A stretch of DNA of 64,000 nt from positions 248,001 to 312,000 of the forward strand of contig JAMWBK010000003.1 of NCBI GenBank assembly GCA_029953675.1, written 5' to 3'. The first letter of the stretch is position 1, and each line of letters starts with the position of its first letter. The stretch comes from Rhodosorus marinus CCMP1338 (lineage: Eukaryota > Plantae > Rhodophyta). Both the position numbers and the translations under genes were made by a program. Shown here piece by piece: positions 39,387 to 51,563 of this stretch. The notes under the pieces are model-generated. The model was not told the origin of the DNA and ran no database searches. It saw only the letters and a list, made by a program, of their open reading frames with translations.

Positions 39387-40068
39387 TAACATTGCTTTTC
39401 GAAGTCTCAACGATCTTCAGCTTTTTCGTCTCTGTCTACTATCGCGCTGAGAATGACTACGCCTTCTCCGATCCTGATTCAAGCTGAGCCCCTGGGCACC
39501 TAACTCAATCGAACACGAGAATAGAACAATGCCTGATCTCTGCTGGTGAAAAGGCAATCCCACTCAGCTACTCGGGGGCGAGAAGCGCAAAGGTGCTTAG
39601 ACGAGAGCGGCACCCTTTGTGTTGCCTACTTTGATGCGTTCGTCACCCCTGGGTCGGGGCGTCATCTTCTCTGATGAAATAACAACTACTTGATAAACAG
39701 TTTTAGTTCCATTCGTACTGGAGTCTGGATATCTTTCATCCCTCCAGACCATTGGGGTAGTAGACTAACACAAACTTATTAAAAAGAAGAACACAGAGGG
39801 CACAAGCACACAACGACAGGCAAGCAGGAACCACATATCTCCGTAGGGTTCGTTTCCTCGCCTTTCACACATCTATGTCACGGACAGACATGCAATTAAT
39901 ATAAGGGAACAGGGAACAAGCTCGTGAACACCAAAAGACGTAGGGATTGTAGTGGGCAAACACAGAGGGGTGGTGGGGGGGCGCTGTTCAGCTCCGAGCA
40001 AGTACATAAGCAGTACTCTCGCGAATATATCCACAGGTAAATTCAGATCGATCAAGCTTCTGAGCGCA

Positions 40069-41477
40069 TTATAGCATGGATCTCTCCATTCGTCGTAGGG
40101 TGAGGTACGCTCCACCGGGACGCTCGGGAATGATGGTTCCATCAAGTAGCTGTTCGCACTCGATGCGAGTGCTTGCCGCAATTCGATTAAGACCTGCGAG
40201 ATATCGGAAGACAATTTGACGTCCTAAGTTTTAGGCTCCCTACAACCGGCTGATGAGCAACCGATCTCCAGGTAGCTTACCCATCTCATCGACATCCCTT
40301 CCAACACCGAACGCAAAGAGCCGGACACCCATGAGCTCAGCTGCACTCCTAGCTTCCCGCTGAGAGGCTTCAAGTTCTGATGTTGAAGTCTGACCGTCGC
40401 TTAGCAGGAGCACAACGGCATCACCTCCAAAGTTGCCATCTTCAGTTAGCAGTTCGTGTGCCGTCTTGATGGGTGCCGCAATATCCGTGGAACCCATGAG
40501 CTGCTGCATTTTATCGACACGCTCGGGTATGTCCTCCGAAATATGGCAGATAGGAATAATCGTTCTTGGCGACTGATTGAACTGAATAAGTCCCACGGCG
40601 GAATCGGGTCTCCGCTCCCTGAGATTGTCGATCAGCTTGCGAGTGAAGGACTTCATTGCGTCAAAATCTTCACGGGTGACGCTGGAGGAACCATCGAGCA
40701 ACAGCACGACTGTCAGACCCCTCTTCAGACCCCGGGCAGGTGCCATTTCGCTCATCACGCTGGACGTTGGAGAAAGAGATATCGGAGAACCTGGTTGTGG
40801 GTGGAACAAAGGTTCAGTCTTCTCTACAAAAAACGTGTGACGGGATTACTGAGCGTGTTGCCGTACCAACCCTGTCACGAGAACTGTCTCCACGGACGAG
40901 CTCTAGAATTGCCTCAATCTCCGGGTTTGAGGGCACAACCCATGGCTTGTTCTTCTTCTCGGAGACATGCTTCTGAGCATAGAGGTTCTTCCAACCGCCT
41001 GCCAAGTCCGCAGAAGCTTTACGAGCGGGACGAGACGAACAAGCATTTTGCATCAGACAAACACCTTTAGAAAACTTTCAAGCAAAGAGCAACTACTGTC
41101 CAAAGGTGCAGTGGGTCATACCTTCGAGAAGGCTGTTGTTGGCCTGCATTCCCCAGCGGACTTTAACTTTGTCCTTCCACAGATTGTTGTTCTTGAGCAC
41201 AAGCTCTCTCAACCTGTGATTTATCTGAGAGCAGGAGATCATATCACACAAACGTACCGAGAGTGAATGAGACATAGGGCTCTTCCGCCAGACTGTTCAA
41301 GACGGCCCGAAAGAGAAAGCGAATTCGAACCATTTCCATATGCAGAAGATCCCTAGCTGTGAGCTCAGCCAAACATATGTTGATAATTTCATTTGGCAGC
41401 ATATCCATCTCAATTACGTCGTTCTTCTTGCCTGATTCCTGTTCCCGTTCAAGAGCCATCCTGGATACTGTTGCCAT
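40069..41477 (-). CDS. F-box + von Willebrand factor A domain protein, 5 exons
   Basis: F-box 'LPNEIINICLAELTARDLLHMEM / INHRLRELV...LWK' splices in frame to a VWA domain 'VVLLLDGSSSV...GSTDIAAPI...VVLLLSDG...LFAFGVG..VDEM / GLNRIAAS'. Stop TAA at 40069-40071. Confidence 0.85.
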
Positions 41478-42831
41478 TCCCTCACTACTCGTTCCCAACA
41501 AAATAAGGAATGCCACAAAAGCAGAATAGTCATTCAGAACAGAAGAACACCGTGGGGGGCGGGCGGGGCAATGGGATTCAAGAATATCAACAGGCTGCTG
41601 GATCCACTGATTTCAAACAAAGGTATACAACAAGCGGATTACTTCTCGCGTGACCCTCATCGCAGCTCGAAGCTCAAGAAATTCGAAAAGCACAGAAATA
41701 AATTCAAGTCAATTTCCTAATGATCCAGCCCAAACAGATTCATTAAGACTTCAAGAACCGTAAATTCAGTCCGAATAGCGTGCGAGTGGAGCTTTGGAAA
41801 TCGCTGGTCAACAGCTGATAGGCAACAGCTGGGGTTAATGGTGTGGTGACCACAAGCAGAGAAGCTCTCGAGGCGCCACAGGACTAAAGGAGACCAACAT
41901 TCAACGAAGGGAGAAGCCGACCCTCAAAACTTTGCTAGCGGGTGGGGCCGGATATCGTATCGTAGCGGTGTTCAGAGCAAGGGAAACATGGAAAGTGTGA
42001 GTTACCTCATTGGCGCCTTCGGCGGGCCTAACAGCAGGTATTGCTCCATTGAATGTCCTCAGCGTGCGGGTTCTGAATTGTGTAAGAGGGAAGAAGATAT
42101 GTTTGATCCGTTCAGAAGACTTGATTATCATGTATCAGAGTCTGCGGGAAAAAAAACAGAAACAACTTGCAGCGCGCTTGCTAGGCGTAGAAAGACAAAG
42201 CATGCCGGTGAAAATAACCAGCAGAAGGCAAAGAACCCGAAGGGCAGGCTGGACATGTCGCCATGTCCTTTGCTTGGTGGCGCTCTGTCGAGCTCCGTCA
42301 GAACATTGGTCCCCATAACATGGAGCTTTTTGACGCCACCCACCTCTTGCAAGCTTGGATCTGGCACTCGTCCTCCAGACGGGTTTCAACTGTAGCTTGC
42401 GGCCGAACCAAAATCTCCACACTACAGCTCGCTCTCTCAAGTTCGCTCAAAGCACACCAAACTCTTCTGCACACCTTGCGCTTTCGGTCATTTCAAACTT
42501 GCAGCTCAGCGCATACCATTCTCCGTCAGCTGACGAACTCTCTCAACCACGCTGTATCAACTCTGACCGCGTGCTTTCAGACCCATCATTCAACAGAACT
42601 CAAAGCAGTTGCCCATTAAGACCAGCCGCCCCGAACATTAGACAGGAACATAAAACCCCCTGAAAACCTAACCCCCATTGATCTCTGCATCCCAGCATTC
42701 TGTGAGAAACGTAAATCCCACCCACCCTCGAAACCCATTCCCGAAACTCTCCGCGAAACATTACACTACAAGATATACCCCTCTGAAGACTAGCTAGTAT
42801 GCCCAAATTGTCAGAATGGCATAGCACAAAA

Positions 42832-44450
42832 ACCTACCCCTTTTCAAAAAGCCACTAACAATATCATAGTCTTCTTTCCTTTAAAAACTTCTCATCTGTT
42901 TGTCAACCACATGTCCCCTACCATCCCCCCTGATCCATGTCAGCTTCGGTTCTTAGAATGGACTCATACGGCCTGTTATGGATGACTAATCTTGTTAAAT
43001 CGACTAAGCAAATCTCATTGACAACATTTTACACCCGGGGTAAAAGAATTCTGTATCTCATGAAAATCCTTTCCATTCATTTTAGATGCCCAGCTGACCC
43101 CTCGCAAACTTCTGGATTTTTGCGTTAACCTCCGTCACTCCTTTTTTGTTAGACTTTTTGCAGTCTATTGGAATATGACAATTAACTACTATTGTTGACC
43201 ACATCTCAAAATACTGTAGTTCAAAATTTCCCTGAAATCGAAGAAATGGGTGCAGGCGAAGGAACAAGCATTGATTGTAGTTGTCACTGATATCCAAAAT
43301 GTCCTTTTTTTATTTTTGATATTTTTCTGTTTTCCATCCATTCGCCGTTTATTTTTACAAAAAAGGACAGGTATTTCTTTGTTGGGTTTCCCTCAAAATT
43401 TGCTGCTCGTAAAAATTATAGTTATACGAAATGTATGGAAAAAGCAAGATTTTGGGAGTGGAAAGAAAAAAAACTGGACATCCACGGAACTATAGCAATC
43501 TGAGGTCTTCATCTTGATTTATAAAAAAACAAATCATATTTTGAATTGAGATTCTAATTTTGATGGATTCTACCAACCCCCCTCAAGGTGTTTTCGTTTG
43601 ATAGGGAAAGCCTGTCTCAACCAATTTATCCTACCCCTAATTCGATGTTGGATAAGTGACAAATCGTGTATATTTGTTTCGTAATTTCAGATAACGGGAA
43701 AGGTATAGAGGATTTTCAAAAGGGGGTATGTAAAAGGGACCAACACATCCTCATGAGATCATCGGAGGTCAAGAGTTTCGTAGAAACAGTAAACCTTATT
43801 ACAAATATCCAATAAAATCACGTTCTCAGTGAACTAGAGGCGCATAGAGTTGGAACTTCTGGAAATTGCATAATATTCCATCCATGGTTGTGTCCTCAAG
43901 GAAACAACAGAAAATCTCGAATTGCTTCTGTGAAATAAAATAACAGAAAAACAAAAATATACGGGTTCTCTACTCTACCCCTACAGAAACAGATACTTTT
44001 AGACCAAATGCTGAACAATACCGTCTAGCTGATGTAAACGTCGACGATCGGAATGTGATATGCGCGAAAATGGTTAGGGGGTAGATCTAATTGTAGGAGA
44101 TGATGTTCGGCTTTTCTTTTTTTAGAATGAAAGTTTGAGGTCGGTTGTGAATGGTTTACGGCCAAGAATCTCAGCAAATGCCATCTCAAGCGCCGTATTT
44201 TCTTCTCAAAAACAAACTTCTAGCTCATAAACTAGACCATAGAAACGTGTAATTTCTCAGGGCCTGGTACGAACGGAAATGCTTTCATTGAAATTTATAG
44301 GAAGAGCATCATTGTAATTGGATATCTTGATGAAGTTTCCGAATCGAAACGCCGCATTATTGGAAAATAGTTTTGGAAAATGTTATTCTCTTGGGGCGTG
44401 GAAGAGAACTTCAAATCTCAAGCAACGCAAAGCGCTTTTTGAATAGTACG
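42832..44450. other. AT-rich island without a credible gene, possibly transposon-derived
   Basis: Low GC. Imperfect inverted repeat ACCTACCCCTTTTCAAAA (42832-42849) vs TTTTCAAAAGGGGGTATGT (43713-43731). Recurrent TACCCC/GGGGTA motifs. Confidence 0.3.
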
Positions 44451-44585
44451 GATAGTTTTCTGTACTATACTATGCTTGCCGAGATCGCTGAACTGTCAGT
44501 TGATGTCCTTTCATGGATGACGCCCTTGTTGAATTGGTGAGGCCAACTGCGAGTGCTGGCTGGTCAACAACCTGTGCTAGGTTCA
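44440..44585 (+). repeat. Dispersed, diverged copy of the 62.8-63.3 kb repeat unit
   Basis: Shares collinear blocks with the copy at 62880-62970: CTATAsTATG, ATGACGCCCTTG (12-bp exact), CTGGnTnGTCAAC and CTAG. Confidence 0.55.
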
Positions 44586-45183
44586 AACGACCTGTAACAA
44601 AAGATGGTGGCCCTCCAATCATATGCTTTTAAGTATAATCTACTGTGCTACACCGGATCCGGTGTGGCAAAAGACCCTCAGTGCTACCATGTGCAACCCC
44701 ATACAGGGTCACGTCGGAAGTGTCTCGTTTGTTTTGATACTCACGCAATACTCGGCCTTTGTGCTGGCTGGGTTTCTTGGCAGCTACGGTATCGCAAAGA
44801 TGGCCCATGGGCATGCGGAAGAACGCAGCGACATTTCTCGCCAGTAAAAGGATCCCCGGCGTTCTGAGAATCGGTCCCAGCCCGGCTTGGAGACAGGAAC
44901 AGCGCGGGCACCAGTTACGGCGTACATTCAAATCGCTGGTTTCTAGTTCCTGTTCAGATAGATGTTTGTGCCCTGCAGCTTCAGAACATTCAAGTCACAT
45001 TCTCGGGAGGATTTTAAATAGAGCCATTGTTGTAACTCTCTTAGAATACACGTGGGAGTGGTGTACAGCCCTATCGTATGCAGTCATGTCCGTGTACTCC
45101 GGAGGCTCAAGTAGATTTGTCCAGTTAAACGAAAATCAAGTGGCTGAGTCTTTACTCCGAAGTGGGCACCTACTTACAATCCA

Positions 45184-45852
45184 TCAATGCTGACCATCGC
45201 AATCAGTGTGGTGATGGAGGTTCGGATCCTTCTCTGAAGTGGTCGAAGTGGGGTGCAATGCCAAGGCAGGTCCTCCACGAATGCGGATGACATGGGGAAT
45301 TGCCTGGAACACGGGATCCAAGCACTCGGCAATAGCCTTTGGAGACCCTGGGAGGTTAATAATGAAGGTTGTCCCGCGGACTCCCGCCGTTGAACGTGAT
45401 AGAATGGAGGTTGATACCTTCGTAAACGTTGTCATCCTCATAGCTTCGCCAAAGCCAGGCATGATTTTTTCGACCACCGCTACGGTCGCCTCCGGTGCAC
45501 AGTCTCTCTCTGCTGGTCCAGTTCCTACGAGTTTTCAGCAAACACATCGTCAGAGACAGCGTGACATAGAGAATTATTCGCAGGTATCCAAACAACGTTC
45601 TCCCGCCCGAGATGCGAAGCCAGGCTCACCTCCGGTAGTGAGAATCAGCGAGCATTTCCTCTCATCGCTCCACTCTTTCAATTTGGCCTCAATCACCGCT
45701 TGTTCATCAGGAACCACTTCAACCAACGTTTCATGTTCTGATTTCACCTTCGCAGCCAGGTACTCCGTTACCGCCCGGCTTCCCCGGTCCTCATAAACAC
45801 CAGCCGATGCTCGATCGGAGCAAACCAATACTCCAATAATCATCTTGGACAT
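45184..45852 (-). CDS. mogA: Stand-alone molybdopterin adenylyltransferase (MogA / CNX1 G-domain), 2 exons
   Basis: 'SDRASAGVYEDRG', 'VVPDEQAVIE', 'LILTTG / GTGPAERD', 'MPGFGEAMR', 'LSRSTAGVRG..IINLPGSPKAI.ECL'. One GTGAGC...AG intron at about 45530-45624. Confidence 0.93.
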
Positions 45853-46613
45853 ATTGACAGAGACAACATAAGACCAAAACCTACAGAAAATTTGATCCAA
45901 AATTCACAAATCGTGATTCAAACAACCACATAGTCCCGCTCCAACCTCAACCCCACCCCCCGAACCCCCTCCCACCAAAAGGACTGCGGTCACAATATCC
46001 AAACAAACCTCACCGAACTCTGAGTCAGCAAAATCTCTCTGTTTTTGCCTCAAAACCCTACCAATCTAAAAATAACAAGACAACTGAATGATTATAATGA
46101 TTGACTGAATCTGAAATTCGGAACTAATAAGCAAATATCAATCGAGTAAAATCGATACATTGATTGATTTCCGAGATTTTGTGTTTTGGTGGAGTTTCAT
46201 TAAATTCGGTTTAATCGTCACTTTGTAGGAACGGCGATGAAAGTAAGGAGTATAATTTTCTAGTTCACGGATGGACGATTTTTGAGTGGTCTGATGATGA
46301 CGCTTTTGCCCATGTTTGCTTTGGCTGGGTATGATTTTTCGGTTTTTAATTGTTTCTGTATTATGGCTTTTGAATACAAGAGTGCGCTGGGTGGATTTGC
46401 GCCATCGCGCTAGTTTGGAAGTGTCGATCCGGCAGGCGAAGAATCCATTGCTCATGGAGGCTTCACAGCAGGGTGATCGAGCCAGGCGATGAACTCGAAC
46501 ATTGCCAGTTACTGCGTAACCGCCCCGTGCGTTGTTTCTTCTGGGCAATATTTTGCAGTCAGGTTCGAACACATCTGAGTTTAATTAGCAGTCTGTACAG
46601 TTTCTGTTTATTT

Positions 46614-48725
46614 TCACCGATTCCTCTTCGGGTTTTGGTTCACTGCGTTAGGGTTCCTCCTCCCGTATCCGACAATAAGGCGCCGATCTTCAAGCGGTCT
46701 CGCTCCTGCGGACAAGGGCGATTGAAGCTTGAGGACGCTGTGGAAAAAAAAAATCATCTTAGAGAACACTGAGGAACTCTGCCATACCTGGATTATACTT
46801 GGTGTTCGGATCAAAGACATCGACTACCTTCTTTTTCCTACGCGGGAGTTGTCTTCTCCTTTCCCTTAACTGATCCTCGGTCAGGATGAGATCCGTATTA
46901 TTTCTTCCACCTTTCGGCTTGGGAATAGGATACTAAGATGAACGATACAGACGGACGAGCCTATGAGCCTGGTGCTAGGTCCCCTGGAATAGGTTCTCCT
47001 CTTAATAAGCCTACCTTGATGCCTCTCAAGCTCGGGTGTCTGTTCGGATCGTAGTATACTCGGGCGACTCCTTTCTTGTCAATTGAGAACGGCAATCGTA
47101 CTAGCGTATGGTTGCCACAGCCCGGGCAAAACTGTCGATGTAATTCACGCGTAAGAGTTGTGCAGCAGGAACATCTGAGTATGTATCTGGATTGCGAACG
47201 CGGAGGAATATAGAGTGTTGAATAAGTAGGGCATCTGACCAGCAATCTCAAGGACGGGAAAATGATACAACTTACCTTCGGATGTGTTTCACGACCTTCT
47301 GGCCATCGACTGACAGCAGCTCAAGGCCCATCTGAAGTAGGACGTTCTGCATTGAGTAGTCAGTTGTCACGCACCTACGCCATACAAAGAACCGATACGA
47401 TGAAAACCAGTAAGTTCAAAATTCCCCGCACCACGGGTTGTCCCATTGCGATCATACCCAACGAGGTAAGTCTTTTCTTCGCTCTCCGTCATCCCAAGGT
47501 CCTTTTCCAGTTCAGTTTTCAAGTTGTCAGGGTTAATCCACCCGCTCCCATCATCGTCAACCTCCTCCTCCTCTTCCTCCTCTTCCGCCTGTTCAGCCTC
47601 GTGCACAGTACCAGCCAAGTCCCCGCTTGTCTCTTCCTGTGCAACCCCATCCTGTTCTTCCTCATCACCACTGACCTCATCATATTCCAAGTCGCCGCTA
47701 GCATACTCAAATTCTTCCTCTTCAGAACCCTTCTCGTCGATATTTGATTGCTCGTCCTCTGGTTCGTCATCCAGCCCATCCTCATCAACACGATCACGGC
47801 TTCCGATCGAGCCAGAAGCAGCGTCTTGAACGTGGTTTCCGTCAGGTCCTAGTCGCTCAGTCCCGTCAGATTCCTCAGCAGCTAGCCTTGCGAGAATTCG
47901 CTCCTTCTCTCGCTCCTCTGCTAGCTTGTGTTCTGATACAACAAGATCCCGCAGCTCGCTTTGCAAGTCCAGAACCAACCCGTCTATAGCCTTTGATTCT
48001 TTCCCTTGGTTTGTTCCAGTAACAGAGATCTGTTCTGGAACAGAGTCAAACTTTGATGACCTGGAACCCTTCGACTTGACAGTTTGCCAACCGTCCTCAT
48101 CAACCTCTTCTGGCTCTTCCTTAGGGTCTGCTTCACGGAAGAGTTTAATCATACTAGGTGGATAAGAATGAAGGTACGAGAAAAGAACGCCTCAGAACTC
48201 GATTATTTCACTTACCAGAGCTTTTCTGGTTTCGCTTCTTGTGTCTGTGATGGATGAGTTTGTATTCGAGCGCTTTCTGATACCACGAACGTTGAACAGG
48301 AGAGCCGAACGTTAGCATTCCATCCACATTCAGAGCGGAGTTTTCCAGATTTGTCCGTGGATCACAGTTCTCACCGGCTCTGGTTTAATGTTCTTTTTTC
48401 CGTGTCGCTCCACCTCCACCTGGTACGTCAGCGCAATAACTTTCATGTCCACAAGAGACAGAGCATGGAAGTCACCCGTCTCTCTTGAAAAGCTCTTCAC
48501 AAAATTCAAACTCTCAACAGTAGGCTCAACAAAATTTATCTTGTCGATGATCATATCCAGGCGCTCCCTCGACAGAGCGTCCCGAACCTCCAACGTCAGC
48601 TCAGGAACCGCATACGCCTCAGAACTTCCATCCAGAACTCCATAGTAATGCCCTTCCTCAGAGTTGTACATGCGCGCGTTCGATATGAACGCAGATGAGT
48701 CAAATATTAGCGTCCTAGCAGCCAT
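46614..48725 (-). CDS. NOB1: 20S pre-rRNA D-site endonuclease NOB1 (PIN domain + acidic linker + Zn ribbon)
   Basis: 'LIFDSSAFI', 'TGDFHALSLVDMKVIALTY', 'DDDGSGWINPDN', 'RYILRCSCC...RQFCPGCGNHTL', 'YPIPKPKGG', and C-terminal 'VGYGRRNPN'. Confidence 0.95.
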
Positions 48726-49452
48726 CTTTCGACTCTCATTTCCTTACATCCCCCCGCTAACCGCTTCCTCCCAAACCCCAATCCTTCATCCCATTTCCCA
48801 TTCCATTGATATACTTTTCCCCACCCGCGTCCACCGTCCATTAAGCCGCCAGTCAACGGCCGTTCATAAATAATAATGTAATTTCCTTTTATCAACAAAA
48901 AAGATTGATTCTCTATTATGTTGATTGATTATTGTTTACTAAGCATTAGTACTACTGAGGTAACTAGCTCATGGTTTTCGGGGTGTGTGAGGTACGGGTT
49001 GGACTTGAGGAAGCAGAAGCACCGACACTTGGCGAGATCCTGTACAATTTTTTAGAACATAAACACGTTTAGAATCCTCCATCCCAAAACGGTCCGCGTA
49101 GCTGGACGGATGAACCCCCTCGGCTGGGATTCTCTTTTTTTTAGGGTTTTGACTGTTCAGTTGGTTTAAATGGAGGTTGGAGCAGATGGCTTCGATATCC
49201 CCCTCTGGATTCTTAGTTTCCTGTTCCTAGAGAAAAGTGCTACTGGAAAATCCCAGAATCGCTCCCCGGTCTGAGTACCACCAGTGAGCTCAGTGAGCCT
49301 TTCATTCGAAAACGGGGCAACAGCAAGGAACTGGGAGCGTGGAGTTAAGAGCTTAGATGATCTGCGTTGATGTTCGCAACGTGAAGACCTCTGTGGATAG
49401 AATTGAGCCTGACCAGTCATGAGGTAGATCATGGGGTTGATTCCGAGGAAGA

Positions 49453-50372
49453 ATGGCCACTAAGGAAGGATACGTAGCCCAAGCCCCTCGGAAGAAGGAA
49501 GGCGATGGGGTCACTACGCGAGGTGGGTGTACGAATTCTTATGGAAGAAATATGACGTTCTTGACCTTTCTGAAAGGTGAGCTCTATCCTCGTGCTTGGT
49601 CCTGCTTTGACCAGGTAGGAAACCGCCGAGATCTCCTGAGATTGATGTGATCTATGAAGATGAAGGTTATGTCGTTGTCAACAAACCAGCCGATGTCCGG
49701 ATGGATGGAGAGTTCGACGTCACTGTAGAGAAACTGGTCAGGGCACATATGACAAAAAAAGATGCGACCTGGGAGAAGGAGGGGAAAATCCGATTTGTGC
49801 ATCAGCTTGATTATGCAACGTCCGGTGTCTTGCTCCTCGCACTTACTCGACCAGCGGCAGCTTTCACCTGCAAGCAATTTGAACGGCGTACGGTACAGAA
49901 AAAGTACCTCGCCCTTGTCTATGGCACAATACCGCCAGGTACCTACAAGTACGACGAGCATATTGCGAATCAACCAGGCCTTGACTTTCGTATGACAGTG
50001 GGCACGAGCTCAAACCCAGGGAGGTCAGCGCTTACTTATTGCACTCCAGTAGGCTATGGAGAGTATCTCGGGAAACGCGTCACCAAGGTACTGTTGGAGC
50101 CGTCGAGCGGAAGGCGACACCAGCTTCGCGTGCACCTGCTGACGGCAGGGTTCCCGATTGTGGGAGACGCAACCTACGCGCTTGACTCAGAACTCGGTCC
50201 GGATGACCCAAGCACACCACCTAGGATGTTTCTTCACGCATGGAATCTCCTGATCAAGCTCCCAGCACCAATCGGGTTTAGGCTGTTTGAGACAGAAGAT
50301 CCGTTCAAGGGCTTTGTCGAGCTTTCTCCGTCACCGCCAGCCGACTTTTCCGCGCTGGTCAGTCTGGCATGA
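49453..50372 (+). CDS. RluA-family RNA pseudouridine synthase, RPUSD1-like
   Basis: 'VVVNKP.DVRMD', catalytic 'VHQLDYATSG' (the HQLD variant typical of RPUSD1), 'KKYLALV', 'GRRHQLRVH...G.PIVGD..Y', 'RMFLHAW'. A short first exon splices in frame at about 49523/49617. Confidence 0.9.
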
Positions 50373-51080
50373 CTTACGATACCTATATGAGCCAACTGGA
50401 GCTAGTCCAAGAGATTCACTTCACAAGAACCATCCCATTGACTTGAGAAGGTTTCGAGTGTTTCCCAACTACGATCAAGTTGCCAACCTAGACCCATAGG
50501 GGTGTGAGCCGCGCTAAAGGATGACTGGATCGCTGCGCAGTTGTAATTTGTTCGAAGTTGTCGTGTGAACGACTTACGCGGACTTCCAACACTACCACGG
50601 CCTTATTATCTCAACTAAACGAACAAACCCGGCAATTCTTAGCAAGAAGCCTATCGATTTTGCCCAAGTCGTTTGCTCCTAAGGCTTCTGATTTTGAACG
50701 GTGTCCAATCGTCACACCTCAAGCGTAGTCAATGGCACCGGCGCAGTCGCAATCCAGCGTGTGGAATCCCATGGACATGTTCGCAGAACAATAAAGAAAT
50801 ACCAGCAGCGGATCAAGGCATGTCATTTCTCCTCAAACTGTAATTTATCATTATTGCCACGTCTATGGCTGTCTTATGCCGATTGGTAAGTTCGCTGTCT
50901 CTCCCGAATCACTTTTCGGACAAGATAACAACTTCACATTTCCTCAGGGAGGATATAAGTGTTATAAAAATGCAAAAATAACGAAGCTCTCGCTAACGAG
51001 TAAGTCAAACCTTGCAAATCATTGTACACGGACTTGCACCTCCTCGCCGCCTCCGCCATTCAAAAGAAGCGAAAAAAGAT

Positions 51081-51563
51081 CTACATCGGAGCCGGCGCCT
51101 CGGTGCCTGATGGCGCTGACCGGTATCCACCGCTGCCTTCAGCACCACGGCCAAAGCCTCTACCACCTCCTTCCCTGTACTCCGGGCGGAAATCGCCACC
51201 TGGACCCATCTTCTTCTCACCAAAGCCTCCGCCAAAACCACCTCCGGGTCCACCACGCTGAGGACCAGGTCTCTGCTGCGTCTGCTTCTTGGTAGTATCC
51301 GGCTTCACATTGTCCGGGTAGTTGAGGTAGCCCTGCAAGTACTGAATTCCGTCCTCAGTCAAAAAGTAATAGAAGTACTGCCAGCTGAACACTTCCTTAA
51401 CGTATCCGCGAGACTTAAGACTCTGCATCAACTTCAACACATGCAGATTCGGGACATCCACGTCCTTGTGGCTCGGAAGGTTGTAGTCCTTTGGCGCAAC
51501 CATCACTCCATCCTTGAACAGTTGCTTGTACACCTCCACACGAGTTTTCTTAGGCAAAAGCAT
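51081..51563 (-). CDS. RPS10: 40S ribosomal protein eS10
   Basis: 'MLLPKKTR..VYKQLFKDGVMVAPKD', 'VPNLHVLKLMQSLKSRGYVKEVFSWQYFYYFLT', and an RGG-rich tail. Confidence 0.98.
   Translation of the reverse strand: MLLPKKTRVEVYKQLFKDGVMVAPKDYNLPSHKDVDVPNLHVLKLMQSLKSRGYVKEVFSWQYFYYFLTEDGIQYLQGYLNYPDNVKPDTTKKQTQQRPGPQRGGPGGGFGGGFGEKKMGPGGDFRPEYREGGGRGFGRGAEGSGGYRSAPSGTEAPAPM

Noticed and set aside
39555-39700. CAGCTACTCGGG (SRP Alu-like), CTGATGA (hammerhead or C-box-like) and a CAGAGAAGAT U6-like fragment on the minus strand
   Set aside because: Only short isolated matches; the flanking helices and conserved boxes needed for SRP RNA, a hammerhead or U6 could not be built.
41900-42660. Overlapping short ORFs with a strong acceptor near 42135
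   Set aside because: All frames stop soon after the acceptor; this may be UTR exons of the F-box/VWA gene. No product is supportable.
44604-44867. Short plus-strand ORFs, one with a hydrophobic segment
   Set aside because: Two competing frames, adjacent to a repeat copy and the mogA 3' region; no homology recognised.
45239-45796. 185-aa plus-strand ORF
   Set aside because: Antisense to mogA; the minus strand carries all the conserved motifs.
46138-46572. 144-aa minus-strand ORF with 'KLARW' and a frameshifted 'YPAKAN' reminiscent of Gypsy RNase H
   Set aside because: Motif spacing does not fit and there is no other pol signature; left unassigned.
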